From positions 1,240,001 to 1,304,000 of the forward strand of contig JBPQGU010000016.1 in assembly GCA_051362555.1 (NCBI GenBank): a stretch of 64,000 nucleotides of DNA, given 5' to 3'. Position numbers and translations under genes: made by a program. The notes under the pieces are model-generated. The model made no database searches and was not told the origin of the DNA. It saw only the letters and a list, made by a program, of their open reading frames with translations. This DNA comes from Lingula anatina (Eukaryota; Animalia; Brachiopoda). Below are positions 1-11,400 of this stretch, piece by piece (within the stretch, counting starts at the first letter, position 1; each line of letters opens with the position of its first letter).

Positions 1-769
1 CCAAAGCACTTATAAATAAAAAAAAGATCATTCTTTACAATTATTTAGACTGTGACCTATTTTCAACTCTACCGTCAACACCTTTTCATAACTAGTGGTG
101 GAAAAGAAAACACTGTTGTCAGATTAAGTATATATTTGACAAACACTTCAAAATGATTTTTAAAGTAAGTCAATTAAGTTTTTTTATGATCCCTTGAAAT
201 GAATTTTTACGATGGGGAATTTAATGTTCCGTTCATTTCATACTTTTCATGTTTGATCTGTTAGATTAGGCATGTTCATTTATTTTGACATTGATTTCAC
301 AGCTGATTTTAAAATCAAATCTCGCTAAGTTTGAAAGTACAAGCAATCAATTTTATCCTTTGTGAAATTAAAAAAAAAAACTGCATTAAAATTTACTGTG
401 AATATTTGGCGTTATTTCACCCTGTTAAATATAATGTGTACTACATATGTCAGTACACTTTAAAACTCTTGCAAGCGTCTCGGGGGTGATGCAGTTCTTG
501 ATGCATATAAAACAGGAAAAATGTTCACACGTTAATATTTAAACGTCTCAGACATACAAACACCCGGTCGATTTTCGTTTTACCGATTGAACTATATATA
601 AGCATTTGTCGATCTCTTTCAAGAATAGTACGATTTGCTTTATTCTTCATTGCAGAATCAATCAAAATCAATGTTCTCTAAATTGATGGCTGAGTTATGG
701 GTTATATTCATGTTGTGTGTGTCTCTTAACCTCAACTTTTTCAGACTACAAGCTATCCGTCCTCTTTGC

Positions 770-1020
770 AGTATTTCATAATTCTGTCTCAGCATCCGTT
801 TGAAGAAACAAGGGTTTGTCAACCTTCGGATGCAATCTTTTTAACGACCTTGGACGCATTTTGTTCTTTTTGAAGTATCAACGGCCCATGGATATTTTGA
901 AAATATATCAAATACTGTGAAAAGGGAATCCATCTTTATGTTGTATCTTGGTATACATCTGACCACATTCCGCATTCCGCCAGTCTTTTGGTAAACCAGG
1001 CGTGCCTCTATCACTACTCA
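770..1020 (-). mobile_element. Decayed Maverick/Polinton-type (rve) integrase fragment
   Basis: Minus-strand translation across frameshifts gives LFTVFDIFSKYPWAV (about 880-924) and KPLFLQTDAETEL (about 780-817). These match the Polinton integrase pattern ILTVIDxFSKYAWAV...KPxxLQTDxGxEF. Stops and frameshifts present. Confidence 0.6.
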
Positions 1021-1206
1021 TGAGACAGACAGACAGACAGACAAACAAACAGACTCAGCCAACGCAGATAGCAAAAAGAAATGATAATAAGAACACCACA
1101 CTGAAAAGTTATAAAAGACGGACAAAGAAATGATAAAAAGTCAGAAGCTGAATGAAGTTATTTAGAAACAAAAACAAAAGGAAAATAAAGAATTAAAAGA
1201 ACGTAC

Positions 1207-2481
1207 CTGATCACGACCTTCTACTCCATATCTACACCAGAATACAAAATGTTTACAATTTTTCGATTTGACATTGTACTCGGTCTTTCCTATTTTCGAC
1301 TTAGCCCTCTCCACGATCTCATCTCTCGGGAAAGTTCTGAAACACGAGAAATTGTGTGTGCTATGAATGTTCCACATTATCTGCTCACTATAAATTTGTA
1401 ACATTTATGTAACTTAAACATTACAGTATTGAGAAAAGAATGAAATAAGTAATTCTGAAAAAGTGTAACTCAACAACGATAGGTAATTGACCTATCGATC
1501 TTGCCTGAAAAAAAAACAACTTAAAACTGTATTATAATATATCTCAAACAGTTTACTATCGAAGGAAAAATTAAAAAAATCTTTAAAAGTGTATAATGGC
1601 CAATAAACACTCATTAATTGACCTGTCAATATTGACTGAAGAAAAAAACATGAACTCCAAGAATAATCCTATAGTATCATGATTTTATATTTAGTCATCT
1701 AACATGTCTGTATTGACATGGATGCGCTAACGGTACTATCTTACAAACATTAACTTTTTTCAACAACTTACTGACTGCACGCCTTGACAAAAAGAAAAAA
1801 GAAACCACACAAAATATTAATATATTTCAACACAATAACATCTTATTATTGGCATTGGTGAAAAGCTAATTACAAACATTTACCTGCATTGGTGGTCTAT
1901 TTCGTTGTTTTTGATCGCCTTACAATTCCCCGCCACATCCCAGAAGTTGGCCTCTTCAACAGAACCTATGTTCATAAACACACCACAGGGGTTGCAGCAT
2001 GAATTTACACTCATACAACAGGAGTAACTGCACTTCTTCTTTGAGCCCCCTCCGTCTAAAGTAAGGTGGACCACCTCTTCATTACCTGAATGTAAATATC
2101 AATCCTACCGTGTAATTTGATTCAAACTAGATCCGCTCTGTTTCGTGGAGTTATAAACTATTCTTTCTGAATTTTACTGACAGCATGTAGCTGTACGTGT
2201 GTGTGCTAAATTGTTTCACTATATTTACTGCAAACGTCATGTTTTAGTTCATAAACATTATTTCTAGTTTAAGTCTACATGAAGGCCTGCAATCTGTACA
2301 TTAAGGTTAAATGACTTTCAGGTATCGTAACAAAAATCTTACGACATTTATAAAGGATTAAAACCATCCATTCACCTATAAAAACGGCCCAGTGCGAGTA
2401 CAAACCTCTTCTAAACTCTATCAAGTCCCCCGGCTCAAGGGAATCTAACACTCTCTTGTTATGGCCTCGCCAACTTACCAT
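1207..2481 (-). CDS. PLAAT/HRASLS-family (LRAT domain) phospholipase A/acyltransferase, copy 1; exons 2376-2481, 1884-2085, 1207-1336; last exon not found
   Basis: GT-AG introns with phases 1 and 2 join into 146 open codons. Motifs PGDLIEF..YSHWAVFIG, VVHLT and NCKHF..WCRYG retain the His-His-Cys triad. The hydrophobic exon 4 seen in other copies is absent at the expected position. Confidence 0.8.
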
Positions 2482-2490
2482 ATTTCACTT

Positions 2491-3395
2491 AGCACAGGTC
2501 TCAAACTACTGCGCATGCGCGAAAAGTACGCTGTTTTAAATAAACAAATGGTGAAATTGACAAAGCCTGCCGGTGTTTACCATCTGGTTGATTTGATTTA
2601 ATTTGATTTCTGGTGTTGTTTTGAGAAATCATATTAGAAATATTTTGTTGATTGTATGTTTAAAAAAGCAAATCCATCGGACTTTGCTGATTAACATTCA
2701 TTTTGCCGTCATTGTAAGGGGGATTCCCTTCGCATTTATAGTGTTATATGTGGCCCCAAAGGGATTTTCCACCCCTCCCCCACTCATTATTAATAAAATT
2801 CTTCATCGGGAGGAATAAAAATTATCTTGCAAAATACATTGAAAATCGTAGGAAGGTTAACTGCAGACAATGCTGCGAGGACATTCTTAACAGGTGGCGA
2901 ACTTGGCCAATAGAACATTTTTAACTTCGTTTTACGATTTTGGAGTGCCTGTTCTAATTATTGAAAGCGAGGCAATGGAACCAAACAATACGATACAATC
3001 TGTAATCTCGTAAAAATTGCTATTTTTAAATAAAGGTCATAGCATGGAGTACATCGAAATGCAACTTGTTTATTATCAGGGGCGGATCCAGAGATATTTC
3101 TGACAGTCTTCCACATTATCTTTGTTGATTCATCTTCCATTTTTTGACCGTCTTTCGACAGAAAAAATTAGGTACTCATCAATGTAAACTTACAAATTTG
3201 ACCGTCTTCCGGAAGACCCAGAAGACCGCCTCAATCCGCCCCTGTATTATTATGATCTTTAATAATAATTAATATAAAACAAACGATATAAAGTTTTTTA
3301 ACGGTAGCCCATTTATTAACTTAATTGATTAGTGGAGATTAAAAACACAAAAGTTGGCTGGTTTCATATCGAGGCACCCCGTTTCGTTCGTGGCT
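2491..3395. mobile_element. Non-autonomous element (about 740 bp plus a nested MITE) inserted 9 nt upstream of the PLAAT copy 1 ATG
   Basis: Homologous inverted copy at 41057-41802 and partial copy at 39313-39650. Short AGCAC...GCT termini. Flanked by ATTTCACTT (2482-2490) and ATTTCACCT (3396-3404), a probable 9-bp TSD with 1 mismatch. Confidence 0.8.
3077..3244. mobile_element. MITE, CAGGGGCGGAT TIR, 6-bp TSD TATTAT
   Basis: TIRs visible at both ends. The empty site is present in the homologous copy near 41210-41230. Confidence 0.85.
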
Positions 3396-5676
3396 ATTTC
3401 ACCTGTCCTCGGTAATTGTAGCAACAGCTTCTGATCCAAAATGCTATAACGATCAGCTAGGAGCTACAGAGAACGGCCTCCCTTACTCCAGGGTTAATAG
3501 CGATGTCTTTTGACTTGGGAAGTTATATATCACGCTTTCCTGGCTTTAAATAACGTATGTCAGTTATCTGATACAGCACTAATTTAAGCTCTGACTTTAT
3601 CGGTAATGTTTGTCCGCTATTTGAAAGGAACAAAGTTTTCCTTTGAATGCCTTTGAATTCTTGAGCTACTAATCATTACTATTATTTATTTCACTTTTTT
3701 TTGCGAGGAACTTATTATAATTATCATCATATCTGTATTTTATATAATTGATTCATGAAATGTTGGTCTCCAAATTATAACATATTTCAAAAAGAAAGTA
3801 AACGCCAGAAAATTTCGCTTTTATGTTGCACAGACTTGATCCAATAGGTGTACATTGTGCTGTTTCCTTCGATATTCCTTTACAGGGAAGACATTTCAGA
3901 ATGGACGCCAGCACGAATAGTGATCCGAAGTTAATTTGACAGTTCCGAGAAGCTAATAGCAACCGTCAAATCCTTATGTGCTGAAGCCCATGCAGTATAA
4001 TCAACGTTGTGAATGCCTGGCACTGGTTGACGTATGCATGTTTAGTAGCAGATGAGATGGGAGGGTCAAATTAATTTCATTTTTTTTCTTTTTTTTTTCT
4101 TTTTGTATAAACAATTTTTGCAAAGACCTTAATATATGTCCAGTAACCATATACTCTGACTTTACAATATATACTTGCTTTAACTGCAAAATCCGATTCA
4201 ACAATATATAGTGTAATTATAAAATTAAGCATACAATCACTTTTCTGAAAATGATTTTTTTATTAGTATAGATAGCGTGGCTGCATAAAGAACATAGGTA
4301 GGCCTATGACTAAATTCATAAATGACTACAAAGAAAATGAGTAATATAGACGAAAATTAATAAAATGAGTAGGCTACACTGAAATTGTAAACATACAGAT
4401 GAAACTTTTTTCGTTTTTAAATGAAGTAATTTTTTCCGATTAGGGTTGGACGTTTAAGCCATATCAGGTACAACAAAATGAATGATAGAACGAGAGATGC
4501 ACTGACGTCAACATGCCCGTTCTTATCATCAATTATTATTATGCCTCTCACTATCATTATTGTATATATAATTAAAATACAAGGGCAGCACCGACCCAGA
4601 ATCTGATTAGATATAATAATAAAAAAAAAACTCACTGACGCCATCAACTAATTGAATACTGGTGTAATAAACTAGAAGCTTACTGAGGTAATTGACTCAT
4701 TGCTTACTGACGTAACGAACTACATGTATTTATTCACTGACGTAATGAAACAAATTAATTCCTTACTGTTTAAAGCCTATCTAAACAAGCAATGCCTATT
4801 TTACGAATGTAAAACACATTTTTAAGTAAAGGCATCGACCCATGAAGTGTGGGTCCTATGGTCTATTGAACTCGACATCATCCACTATTTCATGTTACGT
4901 CTGACCATATCTATCCGCAGGAACGAATTTCGTTCGCAGTTATTCATATTGTTTTCATAATGTGCTTGTACGGTATATTTGTATTCAATTAACATGGCAT
5001 TATGTAATGCATTCTCTTCCTAAGGGTTCAATATTTTTACAAACAATTTCGTGATCGCTGCTGATCGATATTAACAATTAATTTATTCTTATATATACGG
5101 GTAAACAACTTTGACGTATAATGCTTGTTTATTGATCTGTTCGTTATTTCTCGAATATGTTAATGAAGAACTCAACACTTGCACAAAATAATGATATCAA
5201 GTCCAAGTATTTTTTATCAAAAATAACTTTGTTACTACTACAAAAATGCACTGCCTGGTATTGCATTACAGTCAAGAGCAGTTGCCCTTTTCCACCTTTA
5301 AAGATGGGCTTTGGCAACATTTCACAGTCAACATCAGATCCATACATCACTGTTTATGACCTTTAAATGATATGTTATTGATAAATTATATATGATATAT
5401 CGATATTTTTAAATTATATATATATATATATATTAATGATACATTACTGCAGCCTTTTCTTTCCTACATATTTGTGAGATTGGGCAAAACATTTGGTCCC
5501 CACGTGGTCACAAGCTCGGTTCAACAGGGGCTTAAGCAATATGCTTTCTTTGCTGACCTGATCATCATGTCACTAAAAACCAGTCAAATACGTGAACAGT
5601 GTAATTGAGGCAATATCCTATCTTTTCTGAATCAGATCTCATCTGTCATGAGTATCAATGTGTTTGCTCTCTGGAA

Positions 5677-7258
5677 TCATGTCTTGTTCTCCTTCTTGTT
5701 TTTATGTTTGTGATACACGTATCCTGCACCAGCGACCGCTGCAACGCCAGTCAAACAAGCAGCTGTCCCTAGCCAAAAATTATTTGCCTGAAAATAAAAT
5801 AAATCAATTAAACAAAATAATTGACTAAACAAATGAATGGATTAAATGAAAATAATTAAGATGTTACACATGAAATGAAAAAAAAAAATTAAAAATGTAG
5901 TTTTTTTATCAAACAAATAAATGATCTGTTTGAATATTTTTCCAGTCAAAATTTTTTAACAAACTTCACAATTGCAATTAAACTTAATGTAACATTTACA
6001 AACTGCTCTAGATGTGACAGCAAAAATGTTCATTGCATTAGATGTGACAGTGAGATATCTTTATTTTGTTAGATGCGACTGTGATCACATCATTAGTTAT
6101 GACAGCAAAATTGAATGATGTACTGCATGCCAGAACTCTCTGACTCACCAGGATGCAAAATGTTCGCAATTTTTCCAGAGGACATTGTATCCATAATCTC
6201 CCAGCTTTGACAGAGCCCTCTCCACGATCTCATCACATCTCGCAGGTCTGAAACAACAAAATTTGGGTGTGAGATGAATTTGTTCCACATTATCTGCACG
6301 CTTTAATATGGTAAAATTACATTTCAAACATTTTAATTAGCATTGAGGAAAAATTTCTTTTTTCCCAAAAAAGTATTATGACTTATGAACAGTAAATAAT
6401 TGAGCTGTCTTGAAAGAAAAGAAATACATGAATAATTCTATTATATCACCTTTTTATATTTACCAGTGGTCGTCTAACATGTCCGTATTGGCATGGATGT
6501 GTTAATTGCAGTAGGGGCCTATCTTAACACCATTTACTTTTTTAAATATAAGTTTTCTAGTTGCACACCCTCACAAAACAAAAAATAAATAAATGAATAC
6601 TTTATCAACATAATATCTATTAGTATTCTACCTACCACAAACATTTACCTGTGTTTGCGGTCTTTTCCGTTGTTTTTAAATGCCTTACTCTCCCCCGCCA
6701 CATCCCAGAAGGGAGAGAGTTGAACAAAAGCTTTCTTTAATTGTACACCACAGGGGCTGCAGAACTTCCCTGGATCCCCTTTGCCATCTTTTATTCCGTC
6801 ATTTTCTCCAGTAAGGTGGATTACTTCCTCATCACCTGAATGTAAATATCAATTCTGTCATTAATTTAATTAATCTAAAATCTCTTTTTTGTTGTGTTGT
6901 AAAAGATCTAAAAAACCAATCTTTTTACTGACAGCACGTACGTGTGTGTGCTCAGTTTATTCACTACATTTACTGTGGACGTTATGTTTTAAGTTCATAA
7001 ACGTTTATTTTAACTTCAGTCTACTTGTACGCCTACAATTTTTGCATAGTAGCGTTAAATGACTTTCGACATCGCAACAAGAAGCCTGGTGACATTGATA
7101 AGGTGTTTACCCCCCCCCCCCCCCCACAAACACACACACACACACACACTCACCTATATAAATGGCCCAGTGAGATTACATCGGCCTGTGAAACTCTATC
7201 ATGTCTCCGGCTCAAGTGAAGTTAATACTGTCTGGTTATGGCGTCGTACATCTGCTAT
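5677..7258 (-). pseudogene. PLAAT/HRASLS copy 2 pseudogene; exons 7154-7258, 6649-6835, about 6149-6247, 5677-5787
   Basis: Near-identical to intact copy 4 but with ATG>ATA, a 1-nt deletion in exon 1 (CCGGAGAC vs CCGGGAGAC), a TAC>TAA stop, and an approximately 100-bp deletion removing the end of exon 3 and its donor. Confidence 0.92.
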
Positions 7259-7421
7259 ATTTTACCTATCCTCGGTAATTGCAGTGAGTAGCTTCTGATC
7301 AAAAACTTTCTGTAGATAAGCTAGAGGCTACGGAGAACGGTCTCGCCTACTTCCTGTTACTAACGACGTATTTTGCTTTGGGAAGTTATATGGTCTTTGA
7401 CATCATTATCATGAAAGCAGT

Positions 7422-7734
7422 GGAAAATCCCACAGCTGCTGGAAAAAACACAATTTGATAAGCAGTTTCACCGTAGGTCAGCCATCTTGGAATTTCCCTG
7501 GACTATTTTTAGCTCTGACGTCATCGGTAATGTTTGTTAATTATTTGACTGGATCAAAGTTTTCCTTTGAATTCTTGAGCTACTATTCATTACTATTATC
7601 CAATTCACTTTTTGCGAGGAACTTATTATGACTATCATAATATCTGTATTCTAAATAAACGATTCATGAAATGTTGGTCTCCAAGTTAAAACATATTTCA
7701 AAAAGAAAGGAAACGCCAGAAAATTTCGCTTTTC
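7422..7734. promoter_or_regulatory. Putative immune-inducible upstream module: two NF-kB sites, a CRE and an IRF element
   Basis: GGGATTTTCC (minus, 7422-7431), GGGAAATTCC (minus, 7489-7498), TGACGTCA (7516-7523) and GAAAAGCGAAA (minus, 7724-7734), lying about 165-480 bp upstream of the copy 2 start. Motif matches only. Confidence 0.5.
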
Positions 7735-8137
7735 TATTTCACCGACTTATTATTAATCCTATAGACTGTGCATTGTGCTGTTTCCTTCAATATTCCTTTA
7801 AAGGGGGAGACATAACGGAATAGATGCCAGCACGAAAAGTTACGCGAAGTTAATTTGACAGTTCCGATAAGTGAATAGCAACCTTCATTAGCGTTTTATA
7901 TAGGGCCTACTAAAGCCCAGTCTAACCAACGTTGGGAATGCCTGACACTGGTTGACGTATGTATGCTTAGTCCCAGATGAGCTGGGAAAGGCAGAATAAT
8001 TTCATTTTTTTTCTTTTTGTTTAAACACTTTATGCAAAGACCTCAATATACAGTATGTCCAGTAGCCATACTCGGACTTTACAATATATACTTGCTATAA
8101 CTGCATCATCTGACCTAACAATATATTGTGTTATTAT

Positions 8138-8425
8138 TGTAACTGACAAGTAGCTATTTTTAGTAGTGTCTTGACCTTAATTGTAGTATCGGTGTTGATA
8201 GTATTTAGTTTTTGCGGGCACGTGTTTGTTAGACAAGTCAGATTCTCGCAACGAGTTTCAGGTTGATTCAGATGAAAGTTGTTACCAGTTGTTTCCAGTT
8301 GAAAGTTGATGAAAGTTGATGTAAGTTGACATAAGTTGATGTTAGACAATAAACAGTACCATTTGTTACCAGTTGATGTTATATATCGTTGACAATTGAA
8401 TAAAATTGGACTGACACCCGCAACA
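8138..8425 (+). repeat. 5' LTR of the BEL element
   Basis: Identical by eye to 14305-14592. Confidence 0.97.
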
Positions 8426-8467
8426 GTGAAACTCGTGAGATCTAAAGGTCAAAGGTCAAAGATCAAA

Positions 8468-11400
8468 ATGGACGTGCAACAAAAAATGGAAGACATAGAA
8501 ACGGCCAGCTTATTTAGCAGTTTGAGCACGAGCTCAACTGAAGCTCGCTTGAAAGCGAAGGCAAAACGGATGGCCATTGAGGCAGAATTGGCATCTTTTG
8601 AAGTGAAGAAACATTTGGACGAACAGGAATTGAAATTGAAACAACAAAGGGAGAAACTCAAGTTGGACACTGAAAGAGCAAAATTGTTAGCAGAGGCAAC
8701 TGCGTATGCTGAAGCTGAGATGGAGACCAGTGCCCCAATTTCATCTACGAAACTGGACATTCAGGTAAATTCCACCAACTTGACTCAAAACCAGAGTAGT
8801 CATGATGTGATTCATCATTTAGTGAACTCTATACAAATTCCTAAAGTTGAAATAGACAAATTTGACGGAGATCCTCTTCAGTATTGGAATTTTATCAAAA
8901 CTTTTGAAAATAGTGTGGAGAAAGAAACTGTGGACAGCGGCGCAAGATTAATTCGTTTGCTTCATTATACCAGTGGAAAAGCTCATGGTGTAATTCAGTG
9001 CTGTGCTGTAATGAACCCTGAAGATGGATATAAAAAGGCAAAAGCATTGCTTAAGGAAAGATTTGGTTCAGCCTACACTATTACAGAGACATGGGTTAAG
9101 AAAATCACGACAGGCCCAGCCATAAAGGCAAATGATGTTACAAAATTGAGGGATTATGCCGACGAGTTAAGAACATGTGCTGAAACGCTTGAAGCAATGG
9201 GAAATTCCTCAGAGTTGAGCACACAAAGCTCACTGGTCAAAATCATTGAACGTCTCCCTGGTTATTTGCAGCACAAATGGAAACAAGAAGTACGTAAGAT
9301 AAGAAAGGAAGAAAGGTGCCCAGATATTAAAGATGTCACTGCATTTGTTGTTGAAAATGCAGAAATAGCAAATGATCCAGTGTATGGTGGCCTAGCACAT
9401 GTGAAAAGGAGTGACAGTCGCAGTGATTCACAGAGGCGACCCAACAACCGATGGAGTTACAGTATTACAGCTACCAGTTCACAGCCTAAGGGTGACACCA
9501 GTTCACAGCCTTATGGTGACACAAGAAAATCTATTCAGTCACCATGCATTAAGTGTGGCAGCAGTCATTCATTATTTGGGTGTACAGAATTCAAAGCCAT
9601 GAAATTGCCTGAGAGACTCAAATTTGCCAATGACAACAAACTGTGTTACAATTGTTTAAAGCCAGGACATTTCTCAGAGATGTGTAGATTACAACGTACG
9701 TGCTCAGTGCAAGGGTGCAATCAAAAACACACTAAATTCTTGCACCAGGTGAAGCCAACTGTTACAAGGGAACCAGTTCATGAAGATTTATCTCACATTC
9801 ACACAGGGCTAAACACTTCTCTCAGTGCTGTAAATGAAGTTTCGTATGGAGCTCATGGGACCAGAAAGGAAAGTGGTATGCGAATTGCCTTGCCAATAGT
9901 ACCAGTGAAAGTGAAAGTTCCAGATAAATCACAGTTTGTGCACACCTATGCGTTGCTAGACTCAGGATCCACCAGTACATTTTGCTCAGAAGAGTTGATG
10001 CAGTCTATTGGTGCACAGGGTGAAAATACAGTGTTAAAGCTTACGACCTTAGAAAAGGAACAAAGTGTCTCAGAGACTGTAGTGATCAGTTTACAGATTT
10101 CTGATTTAGAAGACAAAAATGTGATTGATTTGCCAGTTGTGTATACAAGACCATCATTACCTGTAAACATGGAAAACATGGGTCGTGCAGAGGACATCAG
10201 AAAGTGGAGTCACTTACAAGATGTGAATTTTCCTGAAATAGATCACATGAATGCCAAGGTGAGCATAATAATTGGACAAGACAATCCAGAGGTGCTTATG
10301 CCTATTGATGTGAAGAGAGGTCAAAGTCCAAATGAGCCATATGCGACAAAAACTGTGTTGGGCTGGACATTAAATGGACCGCTTGGTGGCAAGCGTAGAC
10401 ATGTTGCCACGGCAACATTTATTCAGGCAGATCGTGAGCTGAATGAGCAATTGGAACAGTTTTGGAAAATAGAAGGCCATGGAACATTGATATCTGATAA
10501 AAAGGGTTTATCAGTTGAAGACAAGCGGGTCCTCGCTTTATGGGAAGATAAGATTCAACATGACGAGCATTACAGTTTACCGATACCATTTAAAGACAGG
10601 CAGCCTCATTTTCCGCCAAACAAGCAGATGGCAGAGCAACGCCTAGACAGCTTAAAGCGAAAATTGTCACATGATCCTAACTTACATCAAGCGTACACAG
10701 AATTCATGGAGGACTTAATTGACAAAGGTTATGCAGAACAAGTCAGCCCTGATGAAGTTGACAAAGAAGACGGCAGTGTATGGTACCTACCCCACCATAA
10801 TGTTGTGAACCTCAAAAAACCAGACAAAGTAAGGGTAGTATTTGACTGTAAAGCTAGCCAACAGGGTGTCTCATTGAATAGTCAAGTTTTACAGGGGCCA
10901 GACATTGTGAATTCTTTATTAGGTGTATTGTTACGCTTTAGACAGCACCCTATAGCCATCATGTCTGACATAGAAGCCATGTATCATCAAGTGAAGGTAC
11001 CAGAAGTGCAGAGAGATTCTCTTCGTTTTTTATGGTGGCCTAAAGGGGATCTGGAAGGAGAACAGAAAGTTTATCGAATGACAGTACATTTGTTCGGTGG
11101 CAAATGGAGTCCCAGTTGCTGTAATTTTGCATTGCAACGCACAGCAGAAGACAACAAAGGTCATTACGACACAGAAGTAGTCAATACTGTTTTACAGAAT
11201 TTCTATGTAGATGACTGTTTAAAGTCAGTAATGAGTGAAACAGAGGCAATCACCATGGTCAGTCAATTACAGAGTCTGCTGCAAACGGGAGGTTTCCACC
11301 TGACAAAGTGGATTAGCAACAGCAGAGAAGTGTTATCCAAGATACCAGACATAGACAAAGCCAAGCCTATTAAGAATCTTGATTTGAATTTACAGGCCTT

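Larger units (their letters stand above)
3396..8137. repeat. Tandem segmental repeat unit (about 3.9 kb before insertions) carrying the PLAAT gene
   Basis: 3396-4220 aligns with 7262-8137, 34819-35260 and 37460-38760 (each in part). 4220-5900 aligns with 14598-19700 (after removing insertions), 31190-32500 and 35260-35950. Confidence 0.9.

Noticed and set aside
8396-8467. ORF-track start of the BEL polyprotein
   Set aside because: TTG inside the LTR; the first ATG is at 8468.
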